From: a virus
Length of the DNA: 64,000 nucleotides
Virus record (IMG/VR): IMGVR_UViG_3300024999_000041
Span: 79,078-143,077 of that record
Strand: one strand, 5' to 3'
Shown here: positions 39,859 to 50,379 of the stretch, in pieces
Layout of the letters: every line of letters begins with the position of its first letter
Position numbering within the stretch: position 1 is the stretch's first letter
The notes under the pieces: generated by a model
Told to the model about the DNA's origin: nothing
The model's database searches: none
Seen by the model: only the letters and a program-made list of their open reading frames with translations
Program-made: the position numbers and the translations under genes

Positions 39859-40605
39859 TTATGATTTAGGAGTATTCTTCTTAGAACCTTTCTTCTTAGC
39901 AGGTAATGTATTTTCCGACTCTTTTATTTCTAGGTTAGGGTCTATCGTAACATCTCCTACTAACTCTTCATCTTCTGGATAATTATTATCTGATAATTCG
40001 TCTGCATCTAATACAGAAGCATCGTCGTGATTAAAATCTTTTAATTTATCTAATAGCTCTATATTCTTTTTACTAAATGCTATTTCTTCTTTAATCCCTT
40101 TAACTATGGCTAAGTTAGGTTCACTATCTTCAAAATTAAATGTAGTCTTCAAGTAAGTTTCTATTTCTTCTTCAGATAAGGGCATCAGTTCAGATTTTAT
40201 ATCCTCAGAGGAATCAGTTTTCAAAGAAACATATAGTTCGTTTAAATCCTCATTTACATTTTTATTTATATTAATAGCCACATCTCCAGTTACTCTCCTA
40301 TTAATAGGAATTAACTTTCCCTCGTCAGTAACTTGGTTGAATAAAGATTCTTCTGGTTCCTCGTCGTACAATCCCATCTCTTGGGAAAGCCTTGAAAGTT
40401 TACTCAATCCATCTTCTTCTATAATTTCTTCTAAAATTATATCGCCTTTAAATATTCTTATAGTCTCAGTAAGATGATTTATATAATAGTTATCTAATAA
40501 TTCCTCTTCACCGTCTGGAGGAATATTAAATACTTGTTTCATTCCATTAACACTCACACCGATAACCCTATTAGATTTATTTATTAATTTATATCTTTTA
40601 TCCAT
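39859..40605 (-). CDS. Hypothetical acidic protein
   Basis: ORF with AAGGAG RBS and two tandem sigma70 promoters. Confidence 0.6.
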   Translation of the reverse strand: MDKRYKLINKSNRVIGVSVNGMKQVFNIPPDGEEELLDNYYINHLTETIRIFKGDIILEEIIEEDGLSKLSRLSQEMGLYDEEPEESLFNQVTDEGKLIPINRRVTGDVAININKNVNEDLNELYVSLKTDSSEDIKSELMPLSEEEIETYLKTTFNFEDSEPNLAIVKGIKEEIAFSKKNIELLDKLKDFNHDDASVLDADELSDNNYPEDEELVGDVTIDPNLEIKESENTLPAKKKGSKKNTPKS

Positions 40606-40634
40606 TAAAAAACTCCTTATCGAACTACTAATAT

Positions 40635-40719
40635 ATTATAACATACCTAATTTAAAAAGTCAACATTAGGATATCTTAGATTATGCCTATAGTATACCAT
40701 GATTATTATATAATGTCAA
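40635..40719 (-). promoter_or_regulatory. Two tandem sigma70-type promoters
   Basis: TTGACA-17-TATACT (about 40691-40719) and TTGACT-17-TATAAT (40635-40663), both with TG extension. Confidence 0.7.
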
Positions 40720-40725
40720 TATAGA

Positions 40726-40755
40726 AATAGAGATGGTTTTTAAACCATCTCTATT
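40726..40755 (-). terminator. Terminator after major capsid gene
   Basis: ATAGAGATGGTTT...AAACCATCTCTAT hairpin followed by TTC. Confidence 0.75.
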
Positions 40756-40781
40756 ATTGATTCTATGTTTATTACAGAGTC

Positions 40782-42194
40782 TTATACTAAGTTCTGCACG
40801 TCAATCTTAGTAATAAACCTGTTCACGATGACCTTCATGGCTGACCAAACCAATGCGTACCCTTGGGTTTTTAACACATTGTTTAATACTGGTAAACTTC
40901 CGTTTACAACTAAAGGCATATATGGACAGTAAACAGCAGGAGCATCGAAGTTGCCTGTACCTTTGTAGATACAATATACAGCACTGTCGTCTATTACGTC
41001 TATCGCTCTGATTACTGGAATATTTTTGTTGTACATACCATAAAGTGTAGGTCCTGAAGAAGCAAATCCAGTTCTTTCAAATAAGGTTCCTAATTGGTCA
41101 AACAAGGCTGCTGCTTTAACACCACAGATAATAGCTGTTACTTCACCACGACCTGCGTTTTGAGCAATGTGGGAAGAAGCTTCAGCGATTCTGTTTCTGA
41201 AAGCAAGTTTGTGTTCGACTTCGGAGGTTCCTGCTGGAGCTGCTGAATCCCATACGATAGGAGTACCGAAAGAAGCATTAGCTATTCTGCTAATAAGAGT
41301 GTTTCCCAATTCAGCGTTTATTTCCATTGTAAGGTCGTTAATCATTTCTGTTTCAGCATCCTTACCAAAGGTTTGTTTTAATTCAAACGCTTTCAAGCTA
41401 CCCATTTCACTTCTTAATGCGAACACTTCGGCTCTAACATCAGCGGAATCGAAACTTGATTGAATCGTAGGAAGGTTTCCGTTTTCTTCGTATTCTGTAC
41501 CAAACTCAGCTCTAGCAACTTCTACACCAGTAATAGGGGTGATGAAGTCGATAGTTACTAAACCTGTAGCATAGTTAATAGTACCTGTACCTAATGCTCC
41601 ACCAACTGGAACAATGTTTCCATTACCATCATCTATTAAGGTTTGGGTTGTCGTGGAAAGACTGATTGTTAATTGTCTTTCTCTAACAGGTGCTGGAGTT
41701 AAGTTGAAAGTATAACTTTGTTGAGCAGCTATCAATGTTCCTAAGTTCTGATAAACTTTCTCACCAGCGAAACCTACTGCTTGTACTTGAGGTTTAGCAA
41801 TAGCATTTCTAAGGATGTCATTTTCACTAACATTTCCTCTAGTTGTTCTAGCTTTGATTTGTTTGAAATAAACAATACCTTGTTGACCTTTAATAGGTTG
41901 AACTGAAGCTAGTAAAGGAAGAATGGAAGCTGCGTAGTTAGCTGTGATAACATCATAAGCGTATTTAGGTAATTGACCTAAATCTTTTAATGTACCAAAT
42001 GTTTCACTTACCATTTTTTTAGTGTTTTCAAACTGTCTAAATTGTTTTCCTAAGATTACATAATCCATAGGGGAAATAGCTCTTACTCTTGCAAGTGGTG
42101 ATTCTTCCAAGGATTCCATGTAAGGCTTGTAGGTAGGGTTCTTTAAGAAGTATTCCGCACCTCTTAATACTTTTTCATTCTGAGTCATCTTCAT
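40782..42194 (-). CDS. Major capsid protein (T4 gp23-like)
   Basis: SVQPI.G.QG.VYF, V.A...ALRS, L....G.DAE..M...L..EI..E, GRG, YKG....DA..VYCPYMPL. Confidence 0.92.
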   Translation of the reverse strand: MKMTQNEKVLRGAEYFLKNPTYKPYMESLEESPLARVRAISPMDYVILGKQFRQFENTKKMVSETFGTLKDLGQLPKYAYDVITANYAASILPLLASVQPIKGQQGIVYFKQIKARTTRGNVSENDILRNAIAKPQVQAVGFAGEKVYQNLGTLIAAQQSYTFNLTPAPVRERQLTISLSTTTQTLIDDGNGNIVPVGGALGTGTINYATGLVTIDFITPITGVEVARAEFGTEYEENGNLPTIQSSFDSADVRAEVFALRSEMGSLKAFELKQTFGKDAETEMINDLTMEINAELGNTLISRIANASFGTPIVWDSAAPAGTSEVEHKLAFRNRIAEASSHIAQNAGRGEVTAIICGVKAAALFDQLGTLFERTGFASSGPTLYGMYNKNIPVIRAIDVIDDSAVYCIYKGTGNFDAPAVYCPYMPLVVNGSLPVLNNVLKTQGYALVWSAMKVIVNRFITKIDVQNLV

Positions 42195-42261
42195 AATTTT
42201 AAATCACTCCTGTGGTCTGACGTTACTTATATCTTACAAACTATCTAACAATACATCTATA

Positions 42262-42272
42262 TATAATATAAA
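42262..42272 (-). promoter_or_regulatory. Representative copy of putative late promoter TTTATATTATA (upstream of major capsid gene)
   Basis: Exact copies at 16569, 19158, 26666, 27111, 31448, 31498, 33502, 42262, 45119, 46902, 53112, 53963, 54793, 56756, 59224, 59876, 59909 (minus) and 56095 (plus), all at gene boundaries. Confidence 0.8.
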
Positions 42273-42275
42273 GAA

Positions 42276-43712
42276 CTATTTTGATTTTTCATTTTTGTAC
42301 TGTCTGAACAAATTATAGACAGGTGGTTTATCCTCTTTCAAAGACTGTTGCTGTTTTTTATCAACAACTTTTTTCTCTTCCATTCTAACTTCTTCTTTAA
42401 CAATTTTTTTGTTTTTAAGGTTAAGTGATTGAAGAATACCAACTGTTTGAACTTCTCCCAATGTTTCTAACATGCTTCTTACGTTTTCTATAGGAGCATT
42501 GTATTCTCTCGAAATAGAAAGAACTAAATTTTCATTTTGTTTTTCTTTTTCTTCATTTACTAAATGTTCCGCTCTTGAAATTATTTCTTTAACTTCACTA
42601 AGAGGAATACCTAAATTAACAGTTTCTTCAAGAACATATTCAATAACAGGTATAGCTTCTACGATAGAATCTAACTCACCAAGTTCTGACCACTTTTCAT
42701 TGTCTTCTGTTAATTTTTTAACTTTTCTTTCAATCTGTTCAGGTCTTCCTAATTTAGCATAAGCTTCGAGTAATGAACCAGACTTCTCTAAATCTTCTTT
42801 AAGAGTGGTAATATCTTCTATTTCACACTCTTTCAAATGATTCTCAATAACTGCTAATTTTTCTGAAATCTGATTTTTTTCTGTTTCTACTTCTTCTGCT
42901 TTAGCTAATTTTTCTGTAAGACTAGCTATCTCAGCATTTTTCTTAATAACTTCTTCATCTAATTGTTTTGCTTTAGCTTCAGAAATAGCTTTCTCTTCCC
43001 TAAGTTTCATAACTTCTTCGTTAAGAGAATTCTTTTCTGTTCTTAAGTCTTCATAAATTTTTTGGGTAAATTCCATCTCTAGTCTCCTCATGTCTTCTTT
43101 TATCTTTTTGATATTTTCTTTAATCAAAGGATTAGTTTCTGTAAAACCTGGATTCAATACGAAGTCAAAAGTTTCCAAATAATAACTATTTTCGTCAACT
43201 ATTGGCATACCTTCGTGAGTCTCGTTGGATTTATAGTCCCCAGATGCTCTGGAAGATACTTTTATTCTCGAACCTGCTTTCATAACAACATAAAGGTTTC
43301 TTCCAGCAGGAGTACCTAGAATATATGCCTCGCCCATACCCATCTTAGTTTCTTCGTCAATCCATAATTTAGTAACAATATGAGAAACTTTGCCATCCGT
43401 TATATCTGATTCAGTTATACCTCTATCTTCATGACCTATACAACCAAACATAACTTTATCGTCCAGTCTTCTTCTTAAATCTGGATGACCTATAATAGTT
43501 TCCCAAAATACTTTAGGATAATATCTTTCATTTCTTGAAACACCGTCTGGAACAAAGAAAACACCTTGAACAACTGCCAAGATATTTCTACCGTCTGCAA
43601 CAGATTTATTAGAAGATTCATTTAAATAATCTTCTTTTAATTCCCATTTATTATCGGGTATGTCCCAAAGCTCATATTGAAAATTTTTACTCATTACTTT
43701 CATACTCTCCAA
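42276..43712 (-). CDS. Prohead protease (gp21-like) fused to coiled-coil scaffold
   Basis: SRNERYY, GCIGH, VSH, ILGTPAGR, VSSRASG, TFDFVLNPGF followed by about 280 aa of coiled coil. Confidence 0.88.
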   Translation of the reverse strand: MESMKVMSKNFQYELWDIPDNKWELKEDYLNESSNKSVADGRNILAVVQGVFFVPDGVSRNERYYPKVFWETIIGHPDLRRRLDDKVMFGCIGHEDRGITESDITDGKVSHIVTKLWIDEETKMGMGEAYILGTPAGRNLYVVMKAGSRIKVSSRASGDYKSNETHEGMPIVDENSYYLETFDFVLNPGFTETNPLIKENIKKIKEDMRRLEMEFTQKIYEDLRTEKNSLNEEVMKLREEKAISEAKAKQLDEEVIKKNAEIASLTEKLAKAEEVETEKNQISEKLAVIENHLKECEIEDITTLKEDLEKSGSLLEAYAKLGRPEQIERKVKKLTEDNEKWSELGELDSIVEAIPVIEYVLEETVNLGIPLSEVKEIISRAEHLVNEEKEKQNENLVLSISREYNAPIENVRSMLETLGEVQTVGILQSLNLKNKKIVKEEVRMEEKKVVDKKQQQSLKEDKPPVYNLFRQYKNEKSK

Positions 43713-44109
43713 AATTTATTGTTTTTGAATAGATGACTTGATTAGTTGTTTCCGTTTTTTTCCAAGATGCTAAATTAAATAAATTTTTAATTTGTTTATT
43801 GTGAGGCTCGAATTGTTGAAGAGCATGTACCAAATCTGAAAAACTTTCATTATTCTTAATTGATTTTAATACATATTCTTCTATTTCTGTATCCTCGTCC
43901 ATAGCTCTTTTGTCTATTGTTATCTTTACTTTTATAGTTTTATTCTGATTTTCTGATGTTATATCCCAGATAAGAGGTGCTGTGGTAGAATTTAAATCGT
44001 ATTTAAAGTGTCTTAAACTTAAGGAAACTAGAGGACTTTCTATATTTACATCTCTGGGTATCCCTACTTTTTCAGTCAACTCTAATACTTTTTGTAATTT
44101 ACCTTTCAC
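43687..44109 (-). CDS. Hypothetical head-region protein
   Basis: Leader MKGKLQKVLELTE. Confidence 0.55.
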   Translation of the reverse strand: MKGKLQKVLELTEKVGIPRDVNIESPLVSLSLRHFKYDLNSTTAPLIWDITSENQNKTIKVKITIDKRAMDEDTEIEEYVLKSIKNNESFSDLVHALQQFEPHNKQIKNLFNLASWKKTETTNQVIYSKTINFGEYESNE

Positions 44110-44431
44110 CGTCTACTTTCCTTCTTCTTATTAATAGTGAATGTTTTTTGGCTAATTTTGCTTGGGGGGTTCTCGATTTCAACCTAGCTTTTATTAAAGT
44201 AGCTTTATTGTGTAAATCGTCTACCTCTTCCACATCCCCCAACTTATTTCTAATGTTCTTAACTCTTCCGTGTTCAACTTTTTTAGTGAAAAGTTCCTCC
44301 TTTAACTCGTCCTCCTCGTCTTCAGAGTTGGTCTCTTCACCATCATGGCGACGTGGTGATTCTGTTATCTCCACAGCAGACCCACCACCTTCGCAAATTA
44401 TTCTAACTAGTTCATTAATTCTTTTAAACAT
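44099..44431 (-). CDS. Putative prohead core protein (gp68-like)
   Basis: Basic C-terminus AKLAKKHSLLIRRRK; between portal and protease. Confidence 0.45.
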   Translation of the reverse strand: MFKRINELVRIICEGGGSAVEITESPRRHDGEETNSEDEEDELKEELFTKKVEHGRVKNIRNKLGDVEEVDDLHNKATLIKARLKSRTPQAKLAKKHSLLIRRRKVDGER

Positions 44432-44433
44432 TA

Positions 44434-45072
44434 TTAATCCAATAAATCAAACATGTCGAATTCATCAGCTACTATAGACTCGTTAGTAAAATAAGTACTT
44501 CTACTTGATTCAAACAACTCATTTTTAAATTCGTTATATTCTTCATCTTCGTCGCTTAAGGATTCATTTGGCTCTTCTTCATCTTCTTCTGAACTTTCTT
44601 CGCCTTCTTCATCCTCTTCGCCATACATATCATCTTCGTTGTCGAAACCTTCACCGTCATCTTCGTAATCTTCTTCGCTTTCTTCCTCTTCGCCCTCATC
44701 TACATCGTCTATAAATTGTTGAAGAGTGAAAGCGAAGAAGATTATATCTATCATAATTCTAGTAAACATTATTAAAGCATGCTGAACTTCTTCTGGAGAT
44801 GATTCAAAAGCATTTGTTAATTTAGATAAAGCATGAACATTATCCTCATCTCCATCTCCGTCAACATCTTCTCCATTTTCGTCATCTTCTTCGTGGTCTG
44901 AATGTTCTTCATCATCCAAACTTTGACTATCCAAAGATTCTTCATCGTCTTCTTCTGGTTCTGCTATAGCTCTAACAGATAAATCTTCCAACTCGTCGTC
45001 TTTTTCATATTTAAAACTAGGAGTTAGTTCTCTAAGACTTTCTAAAAGTGATTTTTTCTTATCCATCTTCAA
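44434..45072 (-). CDS. Highly acidic putative prohead core protein
   Basis: Very D/E-rich; position after portal as for T4 gp67. Confidence 0.5.
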   Translation of the reverse strand: MKMDKKKSLLESLRELTPSFKYEKDDELEDLSVRAIAEPEEDDEESLDSQSLDDEEHSDHEEDDENGEDVDGDGDEDNVHALSKLTNAFESSPEEVQHALIMFTRIMIDIIFFAFTLQQFIDDVDEGEEEESEEDYEDDGEGFDNEDDMYGEEDEEGEESSEEDEEEPNESLSDEDEEYNEFKNELFESSRSTYFTNESIVADEFDMFDLLD

Positions 45073-45151
45073 TTCTCCAAACTTATATAATATACATATT
45101 ATGTATTAAGCCTCTAATTATAATATAAATTAGACTTAATTAATTATAAAA

Positions 45152-46876
45152 TTAAAACGTATCAGCTACATTAACACTACCACCACTAGGGGTTTCTGGA
45201 GGTGTTGGAGCCTCTGCTGTTATAGTTGGAGTTTCTCCTGTAGGAGTACTAGAAGTACTAGGAGCTCCTTGAGGAGATTGAGTAGATAATTGAGGACCTT
45301 GGAAAGAAGTATTTCCTCTGCTAGGAGTTCCAGAAGGAGTCATAAGTTCTCCCCCCCTATCGGGTAATGATACCCTACCCTTACCATCAGCATATAATTT
45401 TAAAACTTTTTGCATTTTAGGGAAAGCAGCGGTATACATTTTAAAGAATTCAAGTAACTCTTTACTGTCTACTTCTAAAGCTATCTGGTCAGATGAAGAA
45501 ATCTCGTTTAATAAAGCTACAAAATCTTTAAGTGTAGTCATTACTGCTACTATTACTTCCATATCGTCCATTAAATCCACATTAGTAACAGATTTAAATT
45601 TTACTTTTATATCATTTTTCTCAACATAATACCCCTTATGGAATAAATGTTTCCACATTATATCTTTGATACCATTACCGTAACATGTTTGAATATTTAC
45701 TAGCTTGGTAGAGTAAGCAGAATAAACTTTTAGCATATCTGTCTTACCTAATAATTGGTCTCCGTATGCTAAATAAAAAGAAGGAACTCCCATAGCCAAA
45801 GCTATGTTTTTCCTTACATCGTTTATTCTATTATTTAAATCAGAACTATCAAAATTAAACTGTATTTGTTCTATACCACCCTTACCGTCTGAGAATCTTG
45901 GGATAACTTTAAACCTAGAAGCTGTCTGTAGAATATCTCCTACGTTAAGATTTTCCATATTTAAGGCTTCAGTGTTCATACTGTTAAGTATGTTCTCGTA
46001 TCTGTCTATAGCTTCTGAAGTATTAGTATTATCCATATCTGCGTTCATGTCTACAGATACTATAATGGGGGCTAATACCCTTTTCAACTCTGAGGCTAGG
46101 GCAGTAGTCTCTAATACACTTAATTTTTTAACTGAAGATAATACGGGATATATTACCGATGTTCCAACTCTTACAGACTCTGGAACATCTATAATATCTG
46201 TATCTGTTTCTACTTTTACTCTCAGTCTGTTGTTATTTAAACAGAAGTGTACTATCTCGTCCTTATCTATAAGCTCAAACTTAGAAGCCTTTCTGTTAAA
46301 TCTGAAAAATGAATCAATATCTCTTCCCTTATAAATAGCCAAGTAATCGTCTAAATCACAATTATCTGTAATTTCTACTACTCCAACACCTTTTACTATC
46401 TTAGTCTTAAGGAAGTATTCTCCCATTAGCATAAAGTCTGGAAGAATATCCGAAGAGAGACCAGCTAAATCATGCTGGTCTACAAACCCGTCCATTATTT
46501 TTTGTATATCTTCATCTGTTTTATATCTTTTTTCTCTATTAGGAGAATATTCTATGGATATAAATTTATCATCAGATACACTACTGAAAGCATCGTTATA
46601 TAAAGAAGTCAATAAAGTTTGTACAAGTTCATTATCTCGTACAGTCATTAAATTTTTTATTAAATCTTCCCTAGACTTGAAACTAGCCCCCATCTGTTTC
46701 ATTATCTGACCGATAACATTACTTCTGGAATAGTCCCCATAAGAGTCCACGGGTAAATTATATCTGTTAGTTAAATCAAACGTCTTAGTACTGTCGGGTT
46801 TTAAATCATAATGTCCCGTTAGTCCTCTAAATATGTTCATTGCTTGACTTAATTCAAAACCGCCACCAAAAGGCAT
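45152..46876 (-). CDS. Portal protein (gp20-like)
   Basis: Between terminase and protease; GEYFL, IVHF, GTSVIYP...KKL..LE, ALAMGVP; P/S/T-rich tail. Confidence 0.8.
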   Translation of the reverse strand: MPFGGGFELSQAMNIFRGLTGHYDLKPDSTKTFDLTNRYNLPVDSYGDYSRSNVIGQIMKQMGASFKSREDLIKNLMTVRDNELVQTLLTSLYNDAFSSVSDDKFISIEYSPNREKRYKTDEDIQKIMDGFVDQHDLAGLSSDILPDFMLMGEYFLKTKIVKGVGVVEITDNCDLDDYLAIYKGRDIDSFFRFNRKASKFELIDKDEIVHFCLNNNRLRVKVETDTDIIDVPESVRVGTSVIYPVLSSVKKLSVLETTALASELKRVLAPIIVSVDMNADMDNTNTSEAIDRYENILNSMNTEALNMENLNVGDILQTASRFKVIPRFSDGKGGIEQIQFNFDSSDLNNRINDVRKNIALAMGVPSFYLAYGDQLLGKTDMLKVYSAYSTKLVNIQTCYGNGIKDIMWKHLFHKGYYVEKNDIKVKFKSVTNVDLMDDMEVIVAVMTTLKDFVALLNEISSSDQIALEVDSKELLEFFKMYTAAFPKMQKVLKLYADGKGRVSLPDRGGELMTPSGTPSRGNTSFQGPQLSTQSPQGAPSTSSTPTGETPTITAEAPTPPETPSGGSVNVADTF

Positions 46877-46912
46877 ATAAAAACCTCCGAATAAATCTAC
46901 TTATAATATAAA

Positions 46913-48808
46913 TTATTTAAAGTTCCATGTTTTATTTATCTGTTCTTTTTGTTGTTGTGTCCTAGCCTGTCTCATTAACTGAGATAAACCAAGTCCTAAA
47001 TCTGGAGTCAGTCCATCTTTATTAGACAGGTCTACGTAAACCTGATTTCTGTTCATATAATCTTTAGAATTGATACATTTCCAGATACCCCCACACACAG
47101 AGTCAGCAATATCTTTGCTGTTATTTGATATATGGTCTATCTTCTTTTCTAAATCTCTTAGCCCTAACAGTTCTGTTATTAGTAGTTCGTTTTTAACCCC
47201 TATTAGTTTATTAGTATACATTAATTCTCTTAAAGTGTAATAAGGTTCCTTAGTTCTATCCACAGATAAATATTCTGTTTCTACATTACTTGTTCTAAGT
47301 AACTGACGAGTAACATCTCCTTGAAACATGTCAGTAGTTATAACTTTAATAGGGTATCCCATTTTTATCAATAAAAATAAAAAATCTATGACTTTAATTA
47401 TATTTATTTCTTCCCCTTTTTTGGCTTCTATCCCTATAGCAAAATCTACATAGAACATTCTTTCTCTTTTTTTAGTTACAGGAATACTAGGATTCTCTAT
47501 AGTAGGTCTTATTTCAAATTCCTCTAGTGTGCTATATACTGAAGATAGTCCAAATCTATCTTTCTTAGTAGCTATATCTAAATGAACAAACCTGTAACTA
47601 TCCTGATGAAGAGGTTTTTTAAAATAATCTAAACTATGAACATAATTCTCTAACTTATCGTTTGGGTCATTAAAACTCATGCTAATAATATCATTTTTGA
47701 ATCTGTTTGGATTAACAAATAAGTTCCTAACGAGTTGTTTAGATTTAAACAAAGATATATCTGCATGAACCCTACGTCCAGCTACATCCCTTATACTCCC
47801 TATTAATCTAGTACCACTAAAATCTTCATAATAAGTATAAGGAACATCTATTGTATTTTCTTCCATCTCTGGAGAAATTATTTCTTCATCATCAACTAAT
47901 CGGGGGTCTCTTTTAGAATCCCCTAAGAAAACCCTAAAAGTATCTTTTGTAAAAGTACCCTTAACTTGCCAAGCTGACAAGTTATCCCTAAAATTTCCGA
48001 ATGGGTTAGTCTGTATTTCTTCAATAGCAGTATTTAAATAGTCTTGTTCGTCTATGGGGGAACTTACTAACCATAAAATACCAGGCATAAAATCGCTAAA
48101 TTTATCAAACCTAGATTTTCTTCTCGTCTTGAACAGGTTATGAATATCTTGAGCTTTTTTTATAGACTCCTTCCCTAAGTAATAAGAAACTTCGTCCATT
48201 AAACACCCGAAATTCATCTTACCTAATAAATGGTTAATATTTGAACCAATATTAACTAGGATGATATCGTTAATTATAACACCCTCGTCTGAAGCAGTGG
48301 TTCTAGCTTTTGGAGTTGCTTTTCTCTCTATAAAATAGGGAGAAGTATTAACCATCCCCAAAAACTTAGAGAAAGCAACAGAACTTCCCTGAGCTTTATC
48401 TGGTGTCATTATTGTAAAAGCAAAAGGGTCTAAGCGTTTTGTCTGTAAATAATAGGTATAGGGGTCTTTTAAACACATCAATTTGTACATTTCATATACC
48501 ATAGAGGCTATTGCTATAGTCGTCTTACCTACTCCTATTGCAGTTGAGAGAATAAATTCGTTATACATGTTAATACAAGGGTGCGGATGTACTTCTTGAA
48601 GTAGTTCTAACCAGTAATCGTATATCTCGTCCCCTAAAGAATTTCCTAAATAATAAGGGTCTTTTATAAAAGTAACTATATCTACAGGTTTCTCCGTATA
48701 AGAATCTTCTTCAGCATAATAAATAGCCTCCCCTTTATCCCAAATGGAAAGGTCTTTGTAATTGGTAAAAACATCTTCAGTATAATTAATCCTCTGAAGG
48801 TAAGTCAT
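46913..48808 (-). CDS. Terminase large subunit
   Basis: Walker A AIGVGKTT, Walker B LMDEV, LVSSP, nuclease HLDIA...DR.G, KIDH...SKDIADS. Confidence 0.9.
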   Translation of the reverse strand: MTYLQRINYTEDVFTNYKDLSIWDKGEAIYYAEEDSYTEKPVDIVTFIKDPYYLGNSLGDEIYDYWLELLQEVHPHPCINMYNEFILSTAIGVGKTTIAIASMVYEMYKLMCLKDPYTYYLQTKRLDPFAFTIMTPDKAQGSSVAFSKFLGMVNTSPYFIERKATPKARTTASDEGVIINDIILVNIGSNINHLLGKMNFGCLMDEVSYYLGKESIKKAQDIHNLFKTRRKSRFDKFSDFMPGILWLVSSPIDEQDYLNTAIEEIQTNPFGNFRDNLSAWQVKGTFTKDTFRVFLGDSKRDPRLVDDEEIISPEMEENTIDVPYTYYEDFSGTRLIGSIRDVAGRRVHADISLFKSKQLVRNLFVNPNRFKNDIISMSFNDPNDKLENYVHSLDYFKKPLHQDSYRFVHLDIATKKDRFGLSSVYSTLEEFEIRPTIENPSIPVTKKRERMFYVDFAIGIEAKKGEEINIIKVIDFLFLLIKMGYPIKVITTDMFQGDVTRQLLRTSNVETEYLSVDRTKEPYYTLRELMYTNKLIGVKNELLITELLGLRDLEKKIDHISNNSKDIADSVCGGIWKCINSKDYMNRNQVYVDLSNKDGLTPDLGLGLSQLMRQARTQQQKEQINKTWNFK

Positions 48809-49232
48809 TATTTTCTCTAGCCCTTCGTTTCATTTCATTAACAAATTCTCTTATTCGGGCATCCTGTGGAAGATTTCCTCCTTTAGCAGGAGGACTATCT
48901 TGAAAATAAGCTCTTATTATCTCATTTTTTGTTGAAATATCATACAGTTTAGTCAAAAAACCAAGACTAGCGTACTTAGACTTAACCACGCTATTCAATA
49001 GCTGTATTAAATCTTTAGGTTCTAACGCAAAGATAAATTCATCGGAACACAAATACTTCTCTATCTTTCTAATTATCCTGTTACATTTTCTAATACATCC
49101 CATTTCGTTTGAAACAAGACTCATAAACTTGTCAGGTGTCAAATTCCTCTTAATACGAGTTTTATTCTCAACTAAAGATTTTACCTCAGAAGTGATATCT
49201 ATTATTTTATCTTTATTGTCGTTAGAATCCAT
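48786..49232 (-). CDS. Putative terminase small subunit
   Basis: Helical 148 aa ORF overlapping the TerL start. Confidence 0.45.
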   Translation of the reverse strand: MDSNDNKDKIIDITSEVKSLVENKTRIKRNLTPDKFMSLVSNEMGCIRKCNRIIRKIEKYLCSDEFIFALEPKDLIQLLNSVVKSKYASLGFLTKLYDISTKNEIIRAYFQDSPPAKGGNLPQDARIREFVNEMKRRARENNDLPSED

Positions 49233-49255
49233 CTTAACCCCGTACCCTTAATCAA

Positions 49256-49603
49256 CTAAATGTTTATTTCCATAGAATCGTTGTCGATTATTTCTATAAA
49301 TTCTTGATAAATATCTAAAGTCTTAGCTTTATCTATTTTCTTTTTAGGATTGACAGTAACCTTAGAGAATATCTCTTCAGCTTCTTGTATAAACCCATAT
49401 AACTTTTCTTCTTTAGGAAAACTTACCTTCTTACCAGCACACATAAAAAAGAACTTAAAGATATCTACTCCAACATCTTTGTATATAGAATATAAAGTAG
49501 GAAAGTCTATATTCATGTTCCTACTAATATAGAACAAGATACAAGTGGTTCTATTCACTGGTATTTTTAACGATGGTTGAACTGTTGTTTCAGCATGTTC
49601 CAT
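49256..49603 (-). CDS. Hypothetical protein (possible sigma co-factor)
   Basis: Follows sigma factor; FF.MCAGKKVSFP pattern. Confidence 0.45.
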   Translation of the reverse strand: MEHAETTVQPSLKIPVNRTTCILFYISRNMNIDFPTLYSIYKDVGVDIFKFFFMCAGKKVSFPKEEKLYGFIQEAEEIFSKVTVNPKKKIDKAKTLDIYQEFIEIIDNDSMEINI

Positions 49604-50163
49604 AATAAATCTTTCCTCACCACATCTAGCTTATGTAACTCATTTATATCAACATTTTCTAATTCTTTTAACTTTTCATATTGCTTTACGATATCACAAT
49701 AGTATTCTATATCCTCATAAGCATCGTCATACTTTAGCTTACCACAATAATTTTCTACGTTGTCTAAATTATCGTCTTCTATTTCCTCATCTTCTAACGA
49801 GTCGTTAGCCTTTAGCCTTAACTCATCTTTATTTATATATTCAAAGTCTAAAGATATAGGATTTTGATTATTTATCAAACGATAATTAACCTTAGTACAG
49901 TAATTCCTAACTATTGTATGAATAAAAGTCCCTAAACATCCTTTATTAACATCATAGTTTTGGGAAACTTTCTCATAAATAACTACAAAACAATCATTGA
50001 TATTATCCTCATTGAATTGTTTTTGTAACAGATATTTATTTAAAAGTCTTTTAACATAAGCAATTATTTGAAAATAGAACTCTCTACTACAGAGACCTTC
50101 GTTATCATAGATATCCTGTATCTTTTTATAATTGCCGTATAATTTTTTTGGTGTTTCAGACAT
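49567..50163 (-). CDS. RNA polymerase sigma factor (region 2 only; gp55-like late sigma)
   Basis: EDNINDCFVVIYEKVSQNYDVNKGCLGTFIHTIVRNY matches sigma region 2.2-2.4; no clear region 4. Confidence 0.75.
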   Translation of the reverse strand: MSETPKKLYGNYKKIQDIYDNEGLCSREFYFQIIAYVKRLLNKYLLQKQFNEDNINDCFVVIYEKVSQNYDVNKGCLGTFIHTIVRNYCTKVNYRLINNQNPISLDFEYINKDELRLKANDSLEDEEIEDDNLDNVENYCGKLKYDDAYEDIEYYCDIVKQYEKLKELENVDINELHKLDVVRKDLLWNMLKQQFNHR

Positions 50164-50172
50164 ATAGTTTCC

Positions 50173-50379
50173 TTAATCATTCAAATTGAAGTTATGTGAA
50201 TTATCTATATTATCATTTAAATTCATTTTTTTATCTTCTGTTTTATTTTCTTTTTGGGGTTCTTCTGGAACCACTTTCAGCTTGCATTTACAATTAGGAC
50301 ATTCTAACTCTAATTCCTCGTGTTTATGGTCTTCTCCCATTCTAGTATCCCTCCTGAAAGTCTTGTATAAAATCCACAT
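50173..50379 (-). CDS. Small CxxC protein
   Basis: ECPNCKCKL; true start probably MGEDH after GGAGG. Confidence 0.5.
   Translation of the reverse strand: MWILYKTFRRDTRMGEDHKHEELELECPNCKCKLKVVPEEPQKENKTEDKKMNLNDNIDNSHNFNLND

Noticed and set aside
45804-46334. Plus-strand ORFs antisense to structural genes (for example 176 aa here, 13334..13645, 41167..41463, 58872..59192)
   Set aside because: Shadow ORFs of well-supported minus-strand genes, without RBS or motifs
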